A DNA stretch of 64,000 nt from Spirochaetia bacterium (GTDB lineage Bacteria; Spirochaetota; Spirochaetia; SZUA-6; Bin103), in assembly GCA_965208575.1 (NCBI GenBank), contig CBDBOV010000006.1:832001-896000 (forward strand), in the 5' to 3' direction. Of this stretch, positions 59,230 to 64,000 are shown one piece after another. A program made the translations under genes and the position numbers. Numbering within the stretch: position 1 is the first letter of the stretch; the number at the start of each line of letters is the position of its first letter. The notes under the pieces were generated by a model that worked only from the letters and a program-made list of their open reading frames with translations, ran no database searches and had not been told where the DNA came from.

Positions 59230-61038
59230 ATGAAGATATCTTTCACAAGGACCTTCGCGGTTGCGTTGGTCCTCGTCCTGACCGCAACCGGCCTGTGGGC
59301 TGCTGGCGCAGAAGAAGAGGCACCGGCAGCCGCTGCCGACAAGCAGTATGTCACCGACCCCACCACCGGCAAGGTAGTGGTGGCGCCCCAGTACGGCGGG
59401 ACATTAACCGCCGGTAATACTTCGACCATTGGTTCTGGGGGTCCTAATGACCCCTATTTCGGCAATCCGTGGGGCCCAGGAGGGACGGCCGTCAATGAGA
59501 GGCTTGGTATCGGGAACTGGGGATTAGATAGAGACGTATTTGACTTTAAGTTGGCCTTCGTCCCTCTGTCTGCCCTAACGGGGAGGCTGGCTGAAAGCTG
59601 GGAAATTTCCCCGGACGGCCTCACCTATACCTTCAACATCCGCAAGGGCGTTAACTGGCAGAACAAGGCACCGATGAATGGGAGGGAATTCACTGCGGAT
59701 GATGTCGTATTCAACTTTCACCGTTATCTGGGTCTGGGCGACTTCACCGAAGCCGGACCTAGCACCTATAGTGGCGCTGCCAGCTTCATCTCCATACCGT
59801 TCGAATCGGTAACGGCCACCGATAAATATACGGTTGTGATGAAGCTGAAGGAGCCACAACTCGATGCGCTGGAGATTATCCTCAACGACCCTGCTACAAA
59901 TATATTGCCCCCCGAGGTAATCGAGCAACATGGCGAGTATCAGGATTGGAGGATCCTGGTCGGCACCGGACCCTTTATGGTGACTGATTTAGTCGAGGAG
60001 AGCAGCATCACCTGGACCAAGAATCCTGACTACTGGGGCTATGACGAAAAGTACCCGCAGAACCGCTTGCCCTACGTTGACCAGTTAAGGCGACTGGTTA
60101 TTCCAGAGGAAGGAACAATTATGGCGGCACTACGCTCAGGCAAGCTTGATTTCAGAATGCATGCCCCATCAGATATCGACTCGATAGAGAGCCTGCAGCG
60201 GACCAACCCCGAAATCGCGGCGCACCCGATTTATTTTCGGTCGAGTGATTCTTTTGCTCCTAATCATCGCGTGCCGCCCCTTAGCGACCTCAACGTGCGC
60301 CGCGCGATGCAGATGGCGCTGGACAACGAGACTGTTGCGCGTACGTACTGGAAGGGTTGGGCAGATCCGACACCTCACGGGCTGGTAGGGTTGACAGGGT
60401 ATTTCATCCCCTTCGAGGAATGGGACGAAGAGGTCAAGCAATACTACCGGTATGACCCGGAAGCTGCCGAGAAGCTCCTTGATGAGGCTGGGTATCCGCG
60501 CGGCGCGGACGGCATTAGACTCAAGACCGCCCTGAATCACCACCCAGGGGCAGGCTTAGACTATGCAGAAATAGCTGCCTCCTACTGGGCTGAGATTGGC
60601 ATCGAGGTTAAGATTGATGCGGGTTCCGCCCCCGAATGGGTCGAGAAGATATCCTCTCGTACTTATGAAGGCATGCATAGTGCCATTGCGGGCGCCGGGT
60701 ATGCCCCTCTCTTGATGGCAGGCTGGTATCACTCGGATGCGGGGCCGATAGGGAACCGCGGCGGATCCCAGTGGCCTGAGATGGACGCCATGGTTGACGC
60801 CGCCCTAGCCGCTACTACTGAGGAGGAGCAGAAGAGGCTGATTGCAGAGGCAGATATGTACGCGATAAAGAAGCACTGGCTGATATTTGGTCCTAAAACT
60901 GCATCTTTTCATTTTGCCCAGCCGTGGGTCATAGGCTATAGCGGTGAATCTCCAAGTGGTTTGGGCCGAACAGAAGATTATACCGTCATGGCCCGCCTCT
61001 GGATTGATAGCGAGCTGAAGGAGGCAATGGGTTATTAG
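59230..61038 (+). CDS. Peptide/nickel ABC substrate-binding protein (family 5), atypical codon usage
   Basis: LWAAGAEEE signal, LAESWEIS, GREFTADDVVF, GTGPF, KNPDYW; many A/T-ending codons. Confidence 0.92.
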   Translation: MKISFTRTFAVALVLVLTATGLWAAGAEEEAPAAAADKQYVTDPTTGKVVVAPQYGGTLTAGNTSTIGSGGPNDPYFGNPWGPGGTAVNERLGIGNWGLDRDVFDFKLAFVPLSALTGRLAESWEISPDGLTYTFNIRKGVNWQNKAPMNGREFTADDVVFNFHRYLGLGDFTEAGPSTYSGAASFISIPFESVTATDKYTVVMKLKEPQLDALEIILNDPATNILPPEVIEQHGEYQDWRILVGTGPFMVTDLVEESSITWTKNPDYWGYDEKYPQNRLPYVDQLRRLVIPEEGTIMAALRSGKLDFRMHAPSDIDSIESLQRTNPEIAAHPIYFRSSDSFAPNHRVPPLSDLNVRRAMQMALDNETVARTYWKGWADPTPHGLVGLTGYFIPFEEWDEEVKQYYRYDPEAAEKLLDEAGYPRGADGIRLKTALNHHPGAGLDYAEIAASYWAEIGIEVKIDAGSAPEWVEKISSRTYEGMHSAIAGAGYAPLLMAGWYHSDAGPIGNRGGSQWPEMDAMVDAALAATTEEEQKRLIAEADMYAIKKHWLIFGPKTASFHFAQPWVIGYSGESPSGLGRTEDYTVMARLWIDSELKEAMGY

Positions 61039-61043
61039 AGAAC

Positions 61044-61089
61044 AAGGGAGCTGGGGGTGTCGCCGGCAAGCGCGCTTCCCAGCTCCCTT
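61044..61089 (+). terminator. Intercistronic stem-loop
   Basis: AAGGGAGCTGGG...CCCAGCTCCCTT 12-bp stem directly after the binding-protein gene. Confidence 0.65.
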
Positions 61090-61171
61090 ACTCATCGAAG
61101 AGTGAGAGGACGGCAACGAGGTTGCCGCGCCCCGATGAATCCAGGCCCGCAATGAGAGGGATTGGTGTGAC

Positions 61172-62182
61172 GTGAGAGCCTATCTCATGAGGCGGTTATT
61201 GCTCATAATCCCCACCTTGTTGAGCTTGAGCATCCTGGTCTTTCTCTCGGTACGCTTCATCCCCGGCGACGTAATAGACGCAATGGCGGCTAGGATGGTC
61301 GGCGGTGATTTGGGGAGCGGGGGCTTGATTGACCGTGAAGCTCTTGAGTATATGCTGGGATTGGACGTGCCTGTCTACGTGCAGTATGGACGCTGGCTAG
61401 GAGTGTTGCCAACTCCTGACTTTGTTACCAAGGAGTCTCACTTCAACGGTCTCCTCCAGGGCACCCTTGGTGAATCACTGATGAGCTCTTTTACGGTAGA
61501 GGAGAAGATAAGAGGGAGATTGCCAGTAACCATTCAGCTTGGTGTCATGGCAATCGTAATTGGGCTCGTGATAGCGCTGCCGGTCGGCATCTACTCGGCG
61601 ATTCGCCAGGATACCGCCGCCGACTACCTGGGGCGCTCGTTTGCCATCCTCGGCCTGGCAACCCCCAACTTCTGGCTGGCACTTATGGTCGTGCTCTACC
61701 CCGCCATCTGGTGGGGCTGGTCGCCATCGATGGAGCTGATTCCTCTTGCCGAAGACCCGCTGGGGAATCTCGGGATGTTCCTCATTCCCAGCCTGATTCT
61801 GGGGACGGCCTCGGCTGCCGCCACCATGCGGATGACGCGCACCATGATGCTGGAGGTGCTCAGGCAAGACTATATCAGGACCGCCTGGGCCAAGGGTCTC
61901 AGGGAGCGGGTGGTCGTCATGCGGCACGCCGTCAAGAACGCACTCATCCCGGTAGTTACCCTGATCGGCCTGCAGTTGCCGATCCTGATCGGTGGCTCGG
62001 TTATCATGGAGAACATATTCAACCTGCCGGGGTTGGGTCGTCTCATGGTGGTTGCGCTGGAAGAGCGAGACTACCCGGTGGTCTCCGGGGTCAACCTGTT
62101 CTTCGCCACCGCGGTGGTGCTGTTCAATCTCCTGATCGACCTGCTCTATTCCTGGCTGGACCCGAGGGTGCGCTACGAGTGA
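61172..62182 (+). CDS. Peptide ABC permease (DppB-like)
   Basis: RFIPGD, QDYIRTAWAKGL, HAVKNA, LDPRVRY. Confidence 0.92.
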   Translation: MRAYLMRRLLLIIPTLLSLSILVFLSVRFIPGDVIDAMAARMVGGDLGSGGLIDREALEYMLGLDVPVYVQYGRWLGVLPTPDFVTKESHFNGLLQGTLGESLMSSFTVEEKIRGRLPVTIQLGVMAIVIGLVIALPVGIYSAIRQDTAADYLGRSFAILGLATPNFWLALMVVLYPAIWWGWSPSMELIPLAEDPLGNLGMFLIPSLILGTASAAATMRMTRTMMLEVLRQDYIRTAWAKGLRERVVVMRHAVKNALIPVVTLIGLQLPILIGGSVIMENIFNLPGLGRLMVVALEERDYPVVSGVNLFFATAVVLFNLLIDLLYSWLDPRVRYE

Positions 62183-62220
62183 GGCTCTTTGGCTGGGCCG
62201 CGAGTGTGCTGTCTATGAGT

Positions 62221-62307
62221 GAGGCTGTACGGTCACTCCGTGACATGGAAGACGATGAATACCGATGCCGAAGCATCGGCCGCCGGCCGGCTTTTTCGGA
62301 CCAGGCT
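62221..62307 (-). repeat. ~87-bp hairpin element, copy 2
   Basis: Reverse complement of 23464-23550 with few mismatches. Confidence 0.8.
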
Positions 62308-62337
62308 TCTTGGCTCGACCCGGGAGTGCGCTACCTA

Positions 62338-62670
62338 TGAATGAGGCGCGGGGGCCGTTTGCCGGTCGTTGGTCTGGCGGCGACCACGCTGAACGTGGTG
62401 GTCGCCACCCTGATCGGTGGCACCTCCGGATTCCTCGGGGGCAAGCTGGACCTGGCGGTGCAGCGCTTCGTCGACGCCTGGATGGCGTTCCCGGGGCTGC
62501 TGTTGTTGCTCACGATCATGTCGGTCGCGGGGCAGGATCTGCTACAGATCATCGTGGTGCTGGGGGTCGCCGGCGGCGTGGGCGGCTCGCGCGTGGTCAG
62601 AGGCGCGGTGGTCGCCACCAAGGGCAACGACTACTTCCTGGCAGCCAAGGCGGTGGGCGCGCCCACGGGG
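62338..62670 (+). pseudogene. DppC-like permease remnant (internal deletion, 3' truncation)
   Basis: MNEARGPFAG shifts frame into VGLAATTLNVVVATLIGGTSGFLGGKLDLAVQRFVDAWMAFP...YFLAAKAVGAPT and then loses similarity. Confidence 0.8.
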
Positions 62671-62909
62671 GAGCAAGAAGCCAGCGCGACGCACCCCCTG
62701 CGGCTCCCTAGTCGTGATGTCCCGCAGGTAGGTCTTGGCCCAGATGTTTGGCGCTCGATCGCTCCGCCGCTGGCCTTCTTCGGCTTCGCGGCCCCGCCCT
62801 GCCGACCCGTGCGTGTGCGGCCGACCGGCAACCCGCGGGTCACGCTGGGCCGCGTAAGGAGTGAGATTCAGCGGCGGTGTGGTGTCCGGGTGCGAACGCA
62901 GAAAGCGGT

Positions 62910-62995
62910 AGCGTGGTCCGACAGAGCCGGCCGGTGGGCAGTGCTTGGGTGCCGGGTTTCATCGTCTTCCATGGCATCGAGTGCTGTACAGATTC
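62910..62995 (+). repeat. ~87-bp hairpin element, divergent copy 3
   Basis: AGCGTGGTCCGA...TTCATCGTCTTCCATGGCA...GTACAGA. Confidence 0.7.
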
Positions 62996-63270
62996 CGACC
63001 GAGAGTGGAGACGGTGCGAGGCAGCCCGCCGTACCGACAGATCGCGAACACGGAGAGAAATCGGAAAAAAGTTGCGCGTACCCCTTGACGCGATTTTCGG
63101 TGCCCATAAGCGCCCGCCACGGCCCGTGGCGGCCCCGCCGACTCTCCGAAAACGACTCGGCCTCCGTGGACGCGGCAGCGCGCCGCTGAGCGGCGCTCCG
63201 GGCGCCGTTTCACCGCCATCGAGGACTCGAACGAATCAGCTATTTTCAATCCCATGGTATACTTATGAGT

Positions 63271-64000
63271 ATGAGTGAAGCGCCTTCCGCCACTTGGTCC
63301 ACCGTTGCCGCGCTCCCCGATCACGTCCTCCTGGCGCAGACCGCGCAGCTCGCCCGCCACGAGCAGGCGCTGCAGATCCTGGTCCTCGACCACCTGCGCG
63401 AGATCGAGGCGCGCCGCCTCCACCTGACCCGCGGCTACGGGAGTTTGTTCGACTACGTAGTGCATGAACTGGGCTACACCGCGGCCGCCGCCTGGCGGCG
63501 CATCAAGGCGATGCGGCTGTGCGACCAGACCAGCGGGGCGCGCGAACTGCTGCAGGACGGCTCCCTGAACCTGAGCAACGCGGCGCAACTGCAGAACCTG
63601 TTCGAGCGCAGCGACCGCAGCCGGGGCCGGCCACAGGGCAGTGACGCGACCGGTGGCGGCCAAGGCGGGACGCCGCGGAACGACGGCGCATCGGGGGAAC
63701 CGGCACCGGCTGCACCGAAGCGCCCCGGTGAGTCCGACGCGGCGCCGGTACCCGGGCCGGTGCTGGACGCGGCGGCGCGGGAGGAACTGGTCAGGCAGGC
63801 GGCGGGCAAGAGCACCCGCGAAGTGCAGCAGATGCTGGCCGAGGTGGACCCGGAGCTGGCGCAGCCGAGCGACCGGATGCGCGCACTCGCAGGAGGGCGC
63901 TGGGAGTTGAAGGCGACGATCGACACGGAGTGCCGGCACGGCCTGGAGAAGCTGCAGATGTTGCTGTCGCACACGGACCCGCACCTGACGCTGGGCGGAC
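63271..64000 (+). CDS. DUF222-like / HNH-associated protein, 3' end outside the window (absent from the ORF track)
   Basis: Open frame MSEAPSATW...LDHLREIEARRLHLTRGYGSLFDYVVHELGYTAAAAWRRIKAMRL...GKSTREVQQML; TGGTATACT 7 nt upstream. Confidence 0.75.
   Translation, partial: MSEAPSATWSTVAALPDHVLLAQTAQLARHEQALQILVLDHLREIEARRLHLTRGYGSLFDYVVHELGYTAAAAWRRIKAMRLCDQTSGARELLQDGSLNLSNAAQLQNLFERSDRSRGRPQGSDATGGGQGGTPRNDGASGEPAPAAPKRPGESDAAPVPGPVLDAAAREELVRQAAGKSTREVQQMLAEVDPELAQPSDRMRALAGGRWELKATIDTECRHGLEKLQMLLSHTDPHLTLGG

Overview
A GC-rich bacterial chromosomal window. The solute-binding-protein signal peptides ending in A(A/W)GxxE, the many PhyH dioxygenases, and the RCC1 and FG-GAP/ASPIC repeat proteins suggest a Spirochaetaceae-like, possibly sponge-associated organism (inference only). 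Transport and catabolism: a sugar-type ABC cluster with a duplicated binding protein, a Liv-type ABC operon, three Dpp/Opp-type clusters with no ATPases in the window, and five intact PhyH genes. Housekeeping: M32 carboxypeptidase, menA, menE, a DHNA-CoA thioesterase, nfeD with two SPFH genes, an alpha carbonic anhydrase and ppc. Interspersed are intact TA/defence-like genes (MntA-HepT, HicAB, an AbiEi-like gene, DUF262-DUF1524, AAA_14-DUF4143, and an unassigned gene paired with a HEPN gene) and about ten deletion-collapsed gene scars. Mobile and non-coding structure: a ~3.8 kb rve-transposase element with bipartite inverted ends and a duplicated structured non-coding segment, three copies of an ~87-bp hairpin element, a 10-bp VNTR, two long structured leaders ahead of peptide-binding-protein genes, and a DUF222/HNH-like gene running off the right edge. 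No rRNA, tRNA or cas genes were seen. All family assignments come from motif recognition by eye, not from database searches.
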